DNA of 64,000 bases from Verrucomicrobiia bacterium (GTDB taxonomy: Bacteria > Verrucomicrobiota > Verrucomicrobiia > Opitutales > Cerasicoccaceae), in assembly GCA_030432235.1 (NCBI GenBank), contig JAUIHT010000002.1:249136-313135 (forward strand), in the 5' to 3' direction. Under the pieces are notes generated by a model. It worked only from the letters and a program-made list of their open reading frames with translations. It ran no database searches and was not told the origin of the DNA. Shown in pieces: positions 1-10,696 of this stretch (the first letter of the stretch is position 1; each line of letters begins with the position of its first letter). The translations under genes were made by a program, and so were the position numbers.

Positions 1-343
1 CCCGTGGGGCCAGGGTGTGTCGTTGCGACGGTATTCCTGACCGGTAAACTCGTCGAAGTAATCGTTAACCCACGGATGGACAACGCACTCGCCCGAGGTG
101 TCCGCCGCCAGGTTGCTCTCTGCCACGTAGGTAGCGTGCGCGGCGCCATCCACCAGTACATGATACCATGGCTGCTCGCGGTCGGGTTGGGTCTTATTGG
201 CCTGGTACCACGCTTCGTCAGCCTGGCATTCGCGATCAAGCGCAACGATCACCCCGCGGTAGTCATAGCGGAGATGACGCACCAGTTGCCCCTCCGTGAA
301 CTTCGGCGGGTGGCCCTCGAAGAGCTTGCGTGGTGCGATCATC
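1..343 (-). CDS. HspQ/YccV-like hemimethylated-DNA-binding domain protein (C-terminus lies beyond the window start)
   Basis: Minus-strand translation from ATG at 343..341 reads MIAPRKLFEGHPPKFTEGQLVRHLRYDYRGVIVALD...PWYHVLVDG, matching the YccV/HspQ fold. The listed plus ORF 4..357 is its antisense. Confidence 0.5.
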
Positions 344-599
344 GTGTGAGTCGATAGCGGATTCCCCCGGGCATAAAGCTTAAAACGTTCCGGCTCCGCC
401 GATTACACGGTTTTTTCCAAACACCGCTTTTCCGTTGCCGGAAGCCTCCCTGCACTTATTCTCTATCACAACCCCTGATAGCTATGCCGACTCCGAGTCG
501 ATTAGGGAATTTTTTTGCGCAAAAGCCATAGATAAGTGTTGCTAACATAATAATTTTCTCCCATAAGCGTTTGTAATCTAACAAAAATCCAACCTCATC

Positions 600-2417
600 A
601 TGAAATCAGCCACCCTCGAACTCCGTTCCGAAGCGCCGACCAAGCACAAGGCCCTCCTCAAGTGGGTCGACAAAATGGTCACCATGTGCAAACCGGATCA
701 GATCCACTGGTGCGACGGCTCACAAGAAGAAGCCGACGCCCTCTTCTCCGAAATGATGGAGAGCGGCATGTGCATCAAGCTCAGCGAAGAGAAGCGCCCG
801 AACAGCTACCTCTTCCGCAGTGACCCGCGCGACGTCGCGCGCGTTGAGAGCCGCACCTTTATCTGCTCCGTCAACAAGGACGACGCTGGCCCGACCAACA
901 ATTGGGAAGAGCCCCGCGCCATGCGCCACAAGATGAAGAAGCTCTTCGAAGGCTGCATGAAGGGCCGTACCATGTACGTCATCCCCTTCAGCATGGGCCC
1001 TGTCGGCGGCCCGATCTCCCAGATCGGCGTCGAAGTGACCGACTCGCCCTACGTCGTCGTTAATATGCGCATCATGACGCGTATGGGGCAGGCCGCCCTC
1101 GACGCTCTGGGCACGGACGGCTTCTTCGTCCCCTGCCTGCACTCCGTCGGTTGCCCGCTGGAGCCCGGCCAACAAGACGTGACCTGGCCCTGCAACCCGG
1201 AAAACACCCACATCGTCCACTTCCCCGAGGAGCGCACCATCGTCTCCTTCGGCTCCGGCTACGGCGGTAACGCCCTGCTCGGCAAGAAGTGCTTCGCCCT
1301 CCGCATCGCCTCCACCATGGCGCGCGACGAAGGCTGGCTGGCCGAGCACATGCTCATCCTCGGCGTCACCGACCCGGAAGGCAACAAGACCTACGTCAGC
1401 GCCGCCTTCCCGAGTGCCTGTGGCAAGACCAACTTCGCCATGCTCATCCCGCCGAAGGAAATGGAAGGCTACAAGGTCTCCTGCGTCGGCGACGACATCG
1501 CCTGGATCAAGCCCGGCCCCGACGGCCAGCTCTACGCCATCAACCCCGAAGCGGGCTTCTTTGGCGTGGCCCCCGGCACCTCCTACGACACCAACCCGAA
1601 CGCCATGGAGTCCTGCCGCAAGGACAGCATCTTCACCAACGTGGCTCTGACCGACGACGGTGACGTATGGTGGGAAGGCATGACCGAGGAAACCCCCGAG
1701 CACCTTATCGACTGGAACGGCAACGACTGGACACCCAAGAGCGAAAAGCCCTCCTCGCACCCGAACAGCCGCTTCACCGCGCCGGCAGCCAACTGCCCGG
1801 TCATCGACGAAGACTGGGAAAAGCTCGAAGGCGTGCCGATCAAGGCCATGATCTTCGGTGGTCGTCGCATGAGCGACATCCCGCTGGTCTTCCAGGCCTT
1901 CACCTGGAGCCACGGCGTCTACCTCGGCGCCACCATGGGCTCGGAGCGCACCGCCGCCGCCGAAGGCAAGCAGGGCGAACTCCGCCGCGACCCGATGGCC
2001 ATGCTGCCCTTCTGTGGATACCACATGGGCGACTACTTCCGCCACTGGCTCAAGCTCCAGAAGGACCTCGACCAGACCCCGCGCGTCTTCCACGTCAACT
2101 GGTTCCGCCGCGGGCCCAAGGGCGAATGGCTCTGGCCCGGATTCGGCCAGAACATGCGCGTGCTCAAGTGGGTCGTCGAGCGTGCCAACGGCCGCGGTTT
2201 CGCCAAGGAAACCCCCATCGGCTGGGTGCCTCGCTTCGAAGACCTCGACTGGCGCGGGCTGGACTTCTCCCTGGATCAATGGAAGGAGCTCATGGCCTAC
2301 GACCGCGAAAAGCTGAAGATGCAGACGCTGCAACACGAGGAACTCTTCCTCCAGCTCTTCGAACACCTGCCCAAGGAACTCATCTTCGAGCGCGAACTGC
2401 TCATCTCCCGCCTCTAA
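600..2417 (+). CDS. pckG: phosphoenolpyruvate carboxykinase (GTP)
   Basis: 605 aa. GTP-PEPCK signatures are present: FPSACGKTN kinase-1a loop, [26 protein letters not shown], and [14 protein letters not shown]. Followed by a rho-independent terminator. Confidence 0.95.
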   Translation: MKSATLELRSEAPTKHKALLKWVDKMVTMCKPDQIHWCDGSQEEADALFSEMMESGMCIKLSEEKRPNSYLFRSDPRDVARVESRTFICSVNKDDAGPTNNWEEPRAMRHKMKKLFEGCMKGRTMYVIPFSMGPVGGPISQIGVEVTDSPYVVVNMRIMTRMGQAALDALGTDGFFVPCLHSVGCPLEPGQQDVTWPCNPENTHIVHFPEERTIVSFGSGYGGNALLGKKCFALRIASTMARDEGWLAEHMLILGVTDPEGNKTYVSAAFPSACGKTNFAMLIPPKEMEGYKVSCVGDDIAWIKPGPDGQLYAINPEAGFFGVAPGTSYDTNPNAMESCRKDSIFTNVALTDDGDVWWEGMTEETPEHLIDWNGNDWTPKSEKPSSHPNSRFTAPAANCPVIDEDWEKLEGVPIKAMIFGGRRMSDIPLVFQAFTWSHGVYLGATMGSERTAAAEGKQGELRRDPMAMLPFCGYHMGDYFRHWLKLQKDLDQTPRVFHVNWFRRGPKGEWLWPGFGQNMRVLKWVVERANGRGFAKETPIGWVPRFEDLDWRGLDFSLDQWKELMAYDREKLKMQTLQHEELFLQLFEHLPKELIFERELLISRL

Positions 2418-2478
2418 GGCGGGGGAGCCGCAGTGGTCGTGAACTCCATTTAGCAGGATTTCCAATCGGTTTCCTATT

Positions 2479-2688
2479 ATGAAGAAACTAGAATCCAGTT
2501 TGTTTGTGCAAATAATCGGACTGATGGTGCTTCCAGTCGTCCTGGACGCCCTCGCCGTAGCCTATTGCGGGTTTGTAGGTAAGATGCTGGCGATCTTTCT
2601 CATCCCCTTGTGCTGGGTTGTCGCGGTCTTTATCCTGACCGCGAGCGCTGAAAAGCGCATGAACCAAATCCTGCAAAAAATACAATAG
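2479..2688 (+). CDS. hypothetical small two-TM membrane protein
   Basis: 69 aa ORF between the pckG stop and its terminator. Two hydrophobic helices, no recognisable motif, weak RBS. Confidence 0.25.
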   Translation: MKKLESSLFVQIIGLMVLPVVLDALAVAYCGFVGKMLAIFLIPLCWVVAVFILTASAEKRMNQILQKIQ

Positions 2689-2772
2689 TCATCTTCAGAA
2701 GCGGTATCCCGGTTCGTCATCACCCCTCCAGAGACGAACAAAGACACCGCCAAGAACATTAAAAACCTCGAA

Positions 2773-2803
2773 GCACGGAGCCGTCAGCGCTCCGTGCTTT
2801 TTT
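2773..2803 (+). terminator. rho-independent terminator downstream of pckG
   Basis: GCACGGAGC / GCTCCGTGC 9-bp stem followed by TTTTTT. Confidence 0.6.
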
Positions 2804-2887
2804 ATACGTAATCGGCACGAGTCGAGGAAACAGTCAACCATCTCGTGCTCGACAGCGGCGCCACAAATAACTCAAAATGATATAAGC

Positions 2888-3853
2888 ATGAAATACCTCG
2901 CTCTGCTGTTTTTACCTCTCTGCGTACTGGCTGGTGAAAACCGCACCTGGACGGACACTGCCGGACGCTCTTTTTCCGGTGGTCTCATCAGCGTACAAGA
3001 CGGTACCGCCTCTATCCGACGGGAAAGTGATCAACGCATTTTCGATGTGCCGCTAGACACTCTTTCCGAAGCCGACCGCACGTACATTCAGGCCAATTAC
3101 AAAGAGCCGAACTATCACTTGCAGGATATCTCCATCGCACTGGATGGGACCGGCAAGGAAGACATCGACCTAAGGATAGAATACAACCACCGAACCGTCT
3201 GGGAGGGTTCCACCCAGGCCCCGGGACCGGTTGACCTGGACATTTACGCCGACACCAACTTCAACGAGGAGCCCAAACGCGGCTATGCAAAAAACGACCG
3301 CATCTACCTCTACTTTCAAACGCCCAATTATGCCGCTCAGTGGCACCAACTCGAACTCAACGGCGACAAGTTAAAGCTCAAGGACAACAGCCGCATCCGG
3401 CTTCACAAAAAGAAATACGCCATCATCGAGTACGCCTTCTACCAAGGTGACAACCCGGACTTCACCAATCGCGAGCCCACCTACAGCGGCGTCGCGGCAG
3501 TCGGCCACTGGGGTACGCTACCGGGCTTCCGGCACGACTGGCAACTCTGGCAGGGCGATGTGGAGCAAAGCGAACTCTGGGGCAAGACACTACTGCTCGA
3601 ACACCACCGAGGCAACAACGAGAACGGCATGACCGAGGCACGTGGTACAGACTTCTCCAGACTTAACCACGCGCCCGAGGAAGGCTATACCCATTTCGGT
3701 TCGTGCGGAGAGCCATCCCTTGAAGCTAAAAACGGAAAAAGCTACTACTGCCGCGTCACAGGCCACACCAACAGCACGCGCGGCTACGGCAAAATACACA
3801 TCAAGGATATCGTTGATCAGCCCCCCGCCGGAATGGAAGTTCTGGAACGCTAG
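2888..3853 (+). CDS. secreted hypothetical protein with N-terminal SHD1-like domain
   Basis: Signal peptide MKYLALLFLPLCVLAG, then RTWTDTAGRSFSGGLISVQDGTASIRRESDQRIFDVPLDTLSEADRTYI, resembling the SLA1-homology (SHD1) module common at the N-terminus of PVC secreted proteins. Confidence 0.5.
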   Translation: MKYLALLFLPLCVLAGENRTWTDTAGRSFSGGLISVQDGTASIRRESDQRIFDVPLDTLSEADRTYIQANYKEPNYHLQDISIALDGTGKEDIDLRIEYNHRTVWEGSTQAPGPVDLDIYADTNFNEEPKRGYAKNDRIYLYFQTPNYAAQWHQLELNGDKLKLKDNSRIRLHKKKYAIIEYAFYQGDNPDFTNREPTYSGVAAVGHWGTLPGFRHDWQLWQGDVEQSELWGKTLLLEHHRGNNENGMTEARGTDFSRLNHAPEEGYTHFGSCGEPSLEAKNGKSYYCRVTGHTNSTRGYGKIHIKDIVDQPPAGMEVLER

Positions 3854-3859
3854 CGAACG

Positions 3860-5851
3860 TTACAGCAACTCCGCCACTTCCGCCGGATCAGACATCGGCT
3901 CCAGGCACTGAGTACCGACGCACAACTGATAGCCGCTTGGGCCATCCACATCGGCGGGGAGGATAAAGAGCGGTCGCCAGGGGCGCTCGCGCAGGGCAGC
4001 GGCCAGCGCGGCAGGGTCCGCGTCCTTGCACTTGATCACCGCGATGCCGACGGCTTCCTGGCAAAAGCCTGCCAGGGCGTGAGCAACAGCGGACGGCGCG
4101 CGTTCGGCCAGACCGGTGTAACACTTGCGCAGCTCACCCAGCTCGGCGGCGTACTCGGACTTGCCGGTCAGCGCATAGCGTTGGGCGAAGCAATGGACCA
4201 GGCTGCTGTTGCCGGCCGGGCGGGCGTTGTCGAGCCAGTCCTTCTTGCGCGCGGCCAGTTCTTCGTGATCATCGGCCACATAGAAAAAGCCGGCCGCGTG
4301 CTCGTCCCGAAATCTTTTGATCACGACATCCAGCAATTCCTGAGCACGCGCGATATAGGTGGCGCTATCTGCACCAAAAACCTCGGCATAGGCCGCCAGG
4401 GCTAGGTTGGCCTGAATGAAGTCCGCGTGGTCGTCGAGGCAGGCACGATGGCGCGGTCCGTCCGGGTACATCACAGCGGACAAGCGGCCTTCGGCGTCGC
4501 GGCAGTTTTCCCAGAGCCAATCGGCGGTCTCGCGGGCACGGGCGAACCAGTCCCCACGGTCCAGGGCGAAGGCCGCCGTGGTCAGCCCTCGCACCATGAG
4601 GGAATTCCAGGACAACAGACGCTTGGGGTCGCGCCCCGGCGACACGCGCTCCTGACGCGCCTCGAGAAGCTTGGCGCGCATCTCGGTAGCGGCGGTGCGC
4701 AGCATAAAATCGTCCGTGGCCAGCACGGGATTGGTGGTAGCATGTTCGAAGTTGCCGGCGGGTGTCACCCCGTAAAGCGCACAGAACATCTCGGCATCTT
4801 CCTTGCCGAGAACCTCTTCGATTTGCTCGGGCCGCCAGACGTAGTACTTGCCCTCCTCACCCTCGCTGTCAGCATCCAGCGAAGCGGCGAAGCCTTTGCC
4901 GTCACCCGCCATCTCGCGCTCCAGCCAGCCGACGGTTTCCTCAAGCACGGCGGCATAGAGGTGACGTCCGGTGCGCAGCCAGGCCTTGGCGTAGGCGTCC
5001 AGCAGCAGGGCGTTGTCGTAAAGCATCTTTTCGAAGTGCGGAATCTGCCACTGCGCATCGACGCTGTAGCGGCAAAAGCCGCCGCCTATCTGGTCGTAGA
5101 TGCCGCCCATGGCCATGCCGTCGAGGGTCTTCTGCAGAACGAAGTCCAGGCGCTGGGCCAACCCTTTGGTGGACTCCACCGCGCGGCTGCCACGCAGGGC
5201 CAGCAGGAAGTCGACGGCCATCGACGGCGGGAACTTGGGCGCGCTGCCGAAGCCGCCTCGGTCGTCGTCGTGCTGGGAGCAGATGCCCTCCCCCGCGCGC
5301 AGGAGAGCCTGCGGCGAAAGCGCCGAACCGTCTGCGCCAAGCGGCAGATTGGCGTGGGCCATGTTTTTCAAAATGTTCTCGGCGTTCTCCTCCAGGTCAC
5401 TCCGGCTGCGCTTGTAGTAGTCGGCGATGCGCATGAGGAGCTGCGGCCACGGCACGATGCCCTGCCCGGTATCCTCCGGCGGGAAGTAGGTGCCGCCAAA
5501 GAAGGGCCGCCCGTCCGGCAGGCAGAAGACGTTGAGCGGCCAGCCGCCATGGCCGTTAAGCATCTGCACGGCCTCCATGTAAATCTGGTCGATGTCAGGA
5601 CGCTCCTCACGGTCTACCTTGATGCAGACGAAATGATCGTTCATCAGGCCGGCGATGTAGGCGTCCTCGAAGCATTCGCGCTCCATCACGTGGCACCAGT
5701 GGCAGGCCGAGTAGCCGATGGACACCACCAGCGGCTTGTTCTGCGCCCGCGCGGCTTCCAGCGCCTCCGGTCCCCACGGATACCAGTCCACGGGGTTGTT
5801 GGCGTGCTGACGCAGGTAAAGGCTCGGTTCGGCGGCGAGTCGGTTGGGCAT
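3860..5851 (-). CDS. thioredoxin-domain protein YyaL (DUF255 plus six-hairpin glycosidase-like domain)
   Basis: [48 protein letters not shown] is the YyaL/spermatogenesis-associated-20 thioredoxin-like N-terminus. The track ORF extends to 5902. Start was moved to the [11 protein letters not shown] at 5851 by analogy with family N-termini. Confidence 0.85.
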   Translation of the reverse strand: MPNRLAAEPSLYLRQHANNPVDWYPWGPEALEAARAQNKPLVVSIGYSACHWCHVMERECFEDAYIAGLMNDHFVCIKVDREERPDIDQIYMEAVQMLNGHGGWPLNVFCLPDGRPFFGGTYFPPEDTGQGIVPWPQLLMRIADYYKRSRSDLEENAENILKNMAHANLPLGADGSALSPQALLRAGEGICSQHDDDRGGFGSAPKFPPSMAVDFLLALRGSRAVESTKGLAQRLDFVLQKTLDGMAMGGIYDQIGGGFCRYSVDAQWQIPHFEKMLYDNALLLDAYAKAWLRTGRHLYAAVLEETVGWLEREMAGDGKGFAASLDADSEGEEGKYYVWRPEQIEEVLGKEDAEMFCALYGVTPAGNFEHATTNPVLATDDFMLRTAATEMRAKLLEARQERVSPGRDPKRLLSWNSLMVRGLTTAAFALDRGDWFARARETADWLWENCRDAEGRLSAVMYPDGPRHRACLDDHADFIQANLALAAYAEVFGADSATYIARAQELLDVVIKRFRDEHAAGFFYVADDHEELAARKKDWLDNARPAGNSSLVHCFAQRYALTGKSEYAAELGELRKCYTGLAERAPSAVAHALAGFCQEAVGIAVIKCKDADPAALAAALRERPWRPLFILPADVDGPSGYQLCVGTQCLEPMSDPAEVAELL

Positions 5852-5946
5852 AAGTAGGCCAAGGAATAGAGGAACGCGGCTCAGGGCAACCCGAGATTCC
5901 AAAAGGAGCTGGAACCATTACCAGCTTGTAATTGTAATATATTTCA

Positions 5947-6597
5947 TTGTATATAATCCTTAAATTACTAATTACGATGGAAATTGAGAAAGAAAAACTC
6001 AAAACAGATATACTCGAATCCAAGGTCAAAATCATTGCCGTGGTGATGGCCGGCCTTTGGGCCCTGTTTACCTTCAATGCATTACGCACGGTCTACAAGT
6101 CGGATGCGAAGATTGCCGCACAAGAGGCAAGCCATGTCTCGCTCGAGTTTGATTTAGCGACGGAAACCATCCGTAGCGACAAGCCAGGCAAAATCGGCCT
6201 CGAAGTGACGGTAACAGTCAAGAATGTCGGTATTTTTGCCGTCGATCTGGACTTGAGCAGTAGCGAGGTCATGACTGTCTCCAAGCTGGATGGCTGCATA
6301 AATCCCAATTTTGTCGGCGTCACGCACTCCTACCCGGCCAAAGCCCACAGTTACATTACCGCACAGTATTTGCGAACCATGAGCTCCGCCCTGGTGACAC
6401 CGGGAGTGGAGCTAAAAATCCCCTTTTACGTCGAAGTCGACGGTCCGGGCCTCTACTACGCTTCGTTTATCTCCTATATTCCCAAGTCAGTACTCGACCG
6501 CATCAATCTGCAGGAGCTTGGCGATTTGGAGGAGGAAAGCGACCTGCCTCCGGTCTGGGGAGCGCAAAAGTATTTCCGCATCGAGGAGCCCACCTAG
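5947..6597 (+). CDS. hypothetical membrane-anchored protein, low-GC ORFan-like
   Basis: 216 aa, one N-terminal TM (IIAVVMAGLWALFTF), no recognisable motifs, GC well below the window mean. An alternative start MEIEKEK lies at 5977. Confidence 0.35.
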   Translation: MYIILKLLITMEIEKEKLKTDILESKVKIIAVVMAGLWALFTFNALRTVYKSDAKIAAQEASHVSLEFDLATETIRSDKPGKIGLEVTVTVKNVGIFAVDLDLSSSEVMTVSKLDGCINPNFVGVTHSYPAKAHSYITAQYLRTMSSALVTPGVELKIPFYVEVDGPGLYYASFISYIPKSVLDRINLQELGDLEEESDLPPVWGAQKYFRIEEPT

Positions 6598-6624
6598 TCG
6601 CGGCTCATCGGGACCTAGGGCCCG

Positions 6625-8859
6625 ATGAAATCGCCTCCCCTCCCCGCTTGCCAAGTACCCGGTGGGTGTTTGGAATGGCCGGCCTTGAAAACCTTCTTCA
6701 AATGGCTCGGGGTCGCCCTGGCGGTGCTGATACTGCTGGTACTCGCGGCGCTGGCCACGCTGGGCTGGTGGTTGCCGCCCCTGGCGGAGTCACAAGCGAG
6801 CGAGATATTGGAGGACCTCGGCTTCGAGGCGGTCGAGATGGAGGTGGAACGTTTCGGCTACAGCGGCGTGACCATCACCGGGCTCGCCCTGGAGCGTGCG
6901 GAGGCGGACGTAGCCCTGCGCTCTGTCCTGCTGGACTATTCGCTGACCGGCCTGCTAGTGCGGCGACAGGCCGAGAGCCTGATCATCGACGGGCTGGACG
7001 TCACCGTGTACGTGCAGGCTGTATTGGAGGACTGGCAGTTCGGCGGCGCATTTATCGAAGAGCAGGATGAAGAGGACGGGCCGACCTCGGAGCCGCTCGC
7101 CCTGCCGGAAGACCTTTCATTGCCAGTCAAAAATCTCCTGCTCGACGACAGCTCCCTGACCCTGGAGGCGGACGGCTGGCGCAAACGGTTGAACGTGAAC
7201 GCCTACCTGGAGGACGGCCGCCCCGCCCGCTACCTGTTGGAGGCCGATGACGCCGCCGACCTGATCGACGTTTCCGGCACCATCGACACCATCAGCCTCG
7301 AAAACGAAACCACCTTCCATCTGCGCATGGCGCGACCCACCGAATGGCAGGGCCTGCTCGACAGCCTGAAATTGAACACACTGCCCGAAGGGCTCGACTG
7401 GGAATCCGGCGCCTTCGAACTGGAGGGCGCACTACGCACTGACGACGCCGAGCTGGGCTCGTGGACCGTCCTCGGCTCGCTCAACAACTTCGCCGCTGAA
7501 ACCGCCGACGGTTCCGCCCGCCTGGGGTTGTTCAACTTCGGAGCCAGCGGTGACGGGATGATGCCTGACAAGCTCTGGGCCGGCCTCTTCAACGGCGAAG
7601 CGCGGCTGGCCAATCCTTTGCCCGCCCGCTTTGAGTGGGAAGCCGCCACCCTGGAAACCCTCGACTCGGAACGCGTTTACCTGAAGCTCGAAGACTGGGA
7701 ACTGAGCGGCGACCTCGCCATGTACAAGCTCGGAGACGTCAGCGCCACCGCCGGGCCGGTGCGTGTCCTACTGGACGGCCCCTGGGCCACCGTGCGCGGC
7801 GCGGAGGATTTGCAGCCGTTCAGTGTACGCCTTATCCTGCAGGAAGGCCCGGTGGAGATTTTCACCGGCAAAGGCAGCATCCTCGGCACGCTGGGCCTGC
7901 GCGCGGACTTCGGTCCGGTGAAGGGCGAGCCCCAATTGGAGGCCGCCGCGACCTTAACAAATGGCACCATCAACGCGGGGCCGGTCGAGATTGCCACGGA
8001 GCGTGTAAAAGTCGCGGTTGGCGGAAAGCCGCCGAATGCACTGGCGTCCACCATTTATATAAAGAACACCGACGTCACCTGGGCAAGCGACTCGGGGCAT
8101 CTCACCGGGATTAATGGCGAAGTCCAGATCGCCAACATCCTGCCCCTGGCCATGCCGGAGAAGCAGACGCTCACCTTCAAACAGCTGGAGCAGGGCAAGA
8201 TAGTCATCTACGACGGCGAAATCAACGTGGCCTACCAAGCGGCCACGGAAAGCGAACAGGCGGAAGTCAGCCTGACCGCGGGCGGCGATTTTGCCAACGG
8301 CGGCATTGCCGGGCGCATCCAGGTGACCCTCGGCGAGCCCTTCACTGCTCAGGCGGACCTGCTCCTGCAACGCGTGAGCCTCACCTATTTGGCCGGGCTC
8401 TTCCCGAAGTTTGACGGAAAGATCCAGGGCTATGTCTCCGGCGAAATCCCGATCAAGAAAGTCGGCAACCGCGTCTTTATTCGGCCCGGTTATCTGGAAA
8501 TGGCCGCGGGCGACACCGGCAAGTTCAGCTATACCAAGCAGGGCTGGCTGACCCAGGACCCCTCACTCAATCCGGTGGAGTTTTCCAAAGACATGGACCT
8601 GGCCACGCTCATGAAGCAGCCCAAAGGCGGTGCTATCCTGACTGAGCTGGCCATGCGCGACCTCAATATGTCCGCCTTCCGCCTCGACATCCTCAAGCCC
8701 GGCGAGGGCAAAGAGCGCATCAGCATCCATCTCGAGGGTGACGGCTCCTTCAAAGGGGTCAAGGTGCCCATCGTGCTGGACGTCCCCATCCGCGGCGATG
8801 TAAAGGAACTCATTAACCTAATGTTACTGATGAACGAGAAGCTGGAGTTCGGCCAATGA
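6625..8859 (+). CDS. large N-terminally anchored protein, YdbH/AsmA-like (intermembrane lipid-transfer family) candidate
   Basis: 744 aa with a single N-terminal TM followed by a long beta-rich region. N-terminal architecture and C-terminal ISIHLEGDGSFKGVKVPIVLDVPIRGD resemble YdbH. Assignment is tentative. Confidence 0.4.
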   Translation: MKSPPLPACQVPGGCLEWPALKTFFKWLGVALAVLILLVLAALATLGWWLPPLAESQASEILEDLGFEAVEMEVERFGYSGVTITGLALERAEADVALRSVLLDYSLTGLLVRRQAESLIIDGLDVTVYVQAVLEDWQFGGAFIEEQDEEDGPTSEPLALPEDLSLPVKNLLLDDSSLTLEADGWRKRLNVNAYLEDGRPARYLLEADDAADLIDVSGTIDTISLENETTFHLRMARPTEWQGLLDSLKLNTLPEGLDWESGAFELEGALRTDDAELGSWTVLGSLNNFAAETADGSARLGLFNFGASGDGMMPDKLWAGLFNGEARLANPLPARFEWEAATLETLDSERVYLKLEDWELSGDLAMYKLGDVSATAGPVRVLLDGPWATVRGAEDLQPFSVRLILQEGPVEIFTGKGSILGTLGLRADFGPVKGEPQLEAAATLTNGTINAGPVEIATERVKVAVGGKPPNALASTIYIKNTDVTWASDSGHLTGINGEVQIANILPLAMPEKQTLTFKQLEQGKIVIYDGEINVAYQAATESEQAEVSLTAGGDFANGGIAGRIQVTLGEPFTAQADLLLQRVSLTYLAGLFPKFDGKIQGYVSGEIPIKKVGNRVFIRPGYLEMAAGDTGKFSYTKQGWLTQDPSLNPVEFSKDMDLATLMKQPKGGAILTELAMRDLNMSAFRLDILKPGEGKERISIHLEGDGSFKGVKVPIVLDVPIRGDVKELINLMLLMNEKLEFGQ

Positions 8860-9740
8860 GCACGGCTGCATCCAACGATCCTTTCACACGCCCCGGGCTC
8901 TCCCTGACGGGGCGGGCCTGGCGACGATTGGCGCGCAACAAGATGGCGCTGGCGGGGCTGTGCTTCCTCGTCGTCATGGCAACGCTGTGCTTTGCCGCGC
9001 CGCTCATCGCCCCCTACCCCTACGAGGAAACCAATCTCGCCCTCGGCCCCACCGCGCCTTCGGCAGAACACTGGCTGGGCACCGACATGCTGGGGCGCGA
9101 CCTGCTCAGCCGTCTGCTCTACGGCGGCCGTATCTCTTTCGCGGTCGGCTTACTCGCCACGGCGGTAGCCCTGAGCATCGGCGTGGTCTACGGCATGATT
9201 TCCGGCTACGCCGGTGGGCTGCTGGACCGCGCCATGATGCGCTTCGTGGAAATCGTCTACTCCCTGCCCTTCGTCATCTTCGTCATCCTGCTGGTCACGC
9301 TGTTCGGGCGCAACCTCTGGCTCATCTTCATCGCCATCGGTGCGGTGGAGTGGCTGACCATGGCGCGTATCGTGCGCGGGGAGGTCGTCAGCCTGCGGCA
9401 ACGCGCCTTCGTGGAGGCCGCCCGTTGCCTGGGTCAGCGCGGAGGCGGCATCATGCGACGTCATCTGCTGCCCAACCTCCTTGGCATCATTGTCGTCTAC
9501 GCCACCCTGACTATACCCGCCGTCATGCTGCTGGAGGCGTTTATCAGTTTCTTAGGACTCGGGGTGCAAGCCCCTATGACAAGTTGGGGTGATCTCATTA
9601 AAGTGGGGGCAGAGAATATGGAAGAATATCCCTGGCAGTTAATTTTTCCCAGTATCGTATTTGCAGTTACGCTTTTTTCGCTTAATTTTTTGGGCGATGG
9701 CCTCCGCGAGGCCTTCGACCCACGCGCTGAAAAAGGCTAA
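8856..9740 (+). CDS. ABC transporter permease, DppC/OppC/NikC family
   Basis: 294 aa with six TMs. The N-terminal OppC-type TM domain and the EAA-like loop AARCLGQRGGGIMRRHLLPN are present. Start overlaps the preceding stop by ATGA. Confidence 0.8.
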   Translation: MSTAASNDPFTRPGLSLTGRAWRRLARNKMALAGLCFLVVMATLCFAAPLIAPYPYEETNLALGPTAPSAEHWLGTDMLGRDLLSRLLYGGRISFAVGLLATAVALSIGVVYGMISGYAGGLLDRAMMRFVEIVYSLPFVIFVILLVTLFGRNLWLIFIAIGAVEWLTMARIVRGEVVSLRQRAFVEAARCLGQRGGGIMRRHLLPNLLGIIVVYATLTIPAVMLLEAFISFLGLGVQAPMTSWGDLIKVGAENMEEYPWQLIFPSIVFAVTLFSLNFLGDGLREAFDPRAEKG

Positions 9741-10696
9741 GCAGTGGCAGCCTCGTGCTGAATCCGTCGACGCGCCAGGGCGAGGGCCAGCAGACCCTTG
9801 CGCGGGCTGAATATCCACGCCACGCCGAAGAGCGCACCGGCCACCACGACCATCGCCCCGGCAATGCTCGTATCCAGCCACAGCGCCAGGTGGAAGCCCA
9901 GCAGCGAATACATAGCGCCCAGCGGCAAAGTCAGGCCTAGAATAAGCGGCAGGCGATCCGTCAGCATGGTGCCGGTGACCGCCGGAAAAATCAGCATGGC
10001 AATCACCAGAATAACGCCTACGGCCTCGAAGGAGCTCACCACGGTGACGGACAGGCAGAACATCAGCCCGTAGTGATAGACACTCGCGCGGATGCCCAAC
10101 GAACGTGCCAACGCGGGGTCGAAGGACGTCACCAGCAATTGCTTGTAGAAAAGAAACAGCAACGCCACCAGAACCAGGAACACTATCCCCATCTGCAGCA
10201 CCGGCCACGGGCCGAGGCTGACCGAGCCGATGCGCGCCTCCTGCATCAGCGGCATGAGCCCAATCTCGCCGTAGAGCACGCAGTCCGGATCGAGGTCCAC
10301 CTTGTCCGCGAAGAGCGCCAACAGGATGACACCGAGGGCAAAGAGAGTCGAAAACACAATGCCGAGGGCTGCGTCCGGCTTGACTCGCGAGCCGCGATGG
10401 ATGGCCTCGATAAGCGCAACGGTGACCAGTCCCGCCGCCACTGCTCCCGCCATCATCGGCAGCACACCGCGCGAACCCGATATCAGAAACGCAATGACGA
10501 TGCCCGGCAGGATGCTGTGGCTGATGGCGTCCCCCACCAGCGCCATGCGCCGGAAGACCAGAAACGTGCCGACCAATCCGCAGGCCGCGCTGACTAGAAA
10601 CCCCATGCCGACTATCCAGGCCGTGCCCACGGGGTCCCACTGCCAGGGCTCGACGAAGACAGTCTGAAAATCGAATGCTGGAATGAAGCCGTTCAT
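9737..10696 (-). CDS. metal (Mn/Zn/Fe) ABC transporter permease, ZnuB/MntB/YtgD-like
   Basis: 319 aa, polytopic, with ABC-3 family motifs (GDAISHSILPG, conserved permease core). Last gene of the minus-strand metal-importer operon. Confidence 0.85.
   Translation of the reverse strand: MNGFIPAFDFQTVFVEPWQWDPVGTAWIVGMGFLVSAACGLVGTFLVFRRMALVGDAISHSILPGIVIAFLISGSRGVLPMMAGAVAAGLVTVALIEAIHRGSRVKPDAALGIVFSTLFALGVILLALFADKVDLDPDCVLYGEIGLMPLMQEARIGSVSLGPWPVLQMGIVFLVLVALLFLFYKQLLVTSFDPALARSLGIRASVYHYGLMFCLSVTVVSSFEAVGVILVIAMLIFPAVTGTMLTDRLPLILGLTLPLGAMYSLLGFHLALWLDTSIAGAMVVVAGALFGVAWIFSPRKGLLALALARRRIQHEAATA

Noticed and set aside
4-357. Plus-strand 117-aa ORF at the window start.
   Set aside because: The reverse strand encodes a recognisable HspQ/YccV-like domain. 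The plus ORF is its antisense.
720-2465. Long antisense ORFs inside well-supported genes. Examples: 720..2465 minus within pckG, 4427..5857 plus within yyaL, 9639..10895 minus across the permeases, 15476..17584 minus and 17143..18258 plus within the SNF2 gene, 19577..20959 plus within pheT, 22180..23364 plus within pheS, 37009..38688 minus within the giant ORF, 46280..47223 both strands within mscS, 54028..54924 minus within GH4, and 60910..62349 plus within the coiled-coil gene.
   Set aside because: High GC suppresses stop codons on the non-coding strand. The opposite-strand products have clear family signatures, and the antisense translations are low-complexity and Arg/Ala/Gly-rich.
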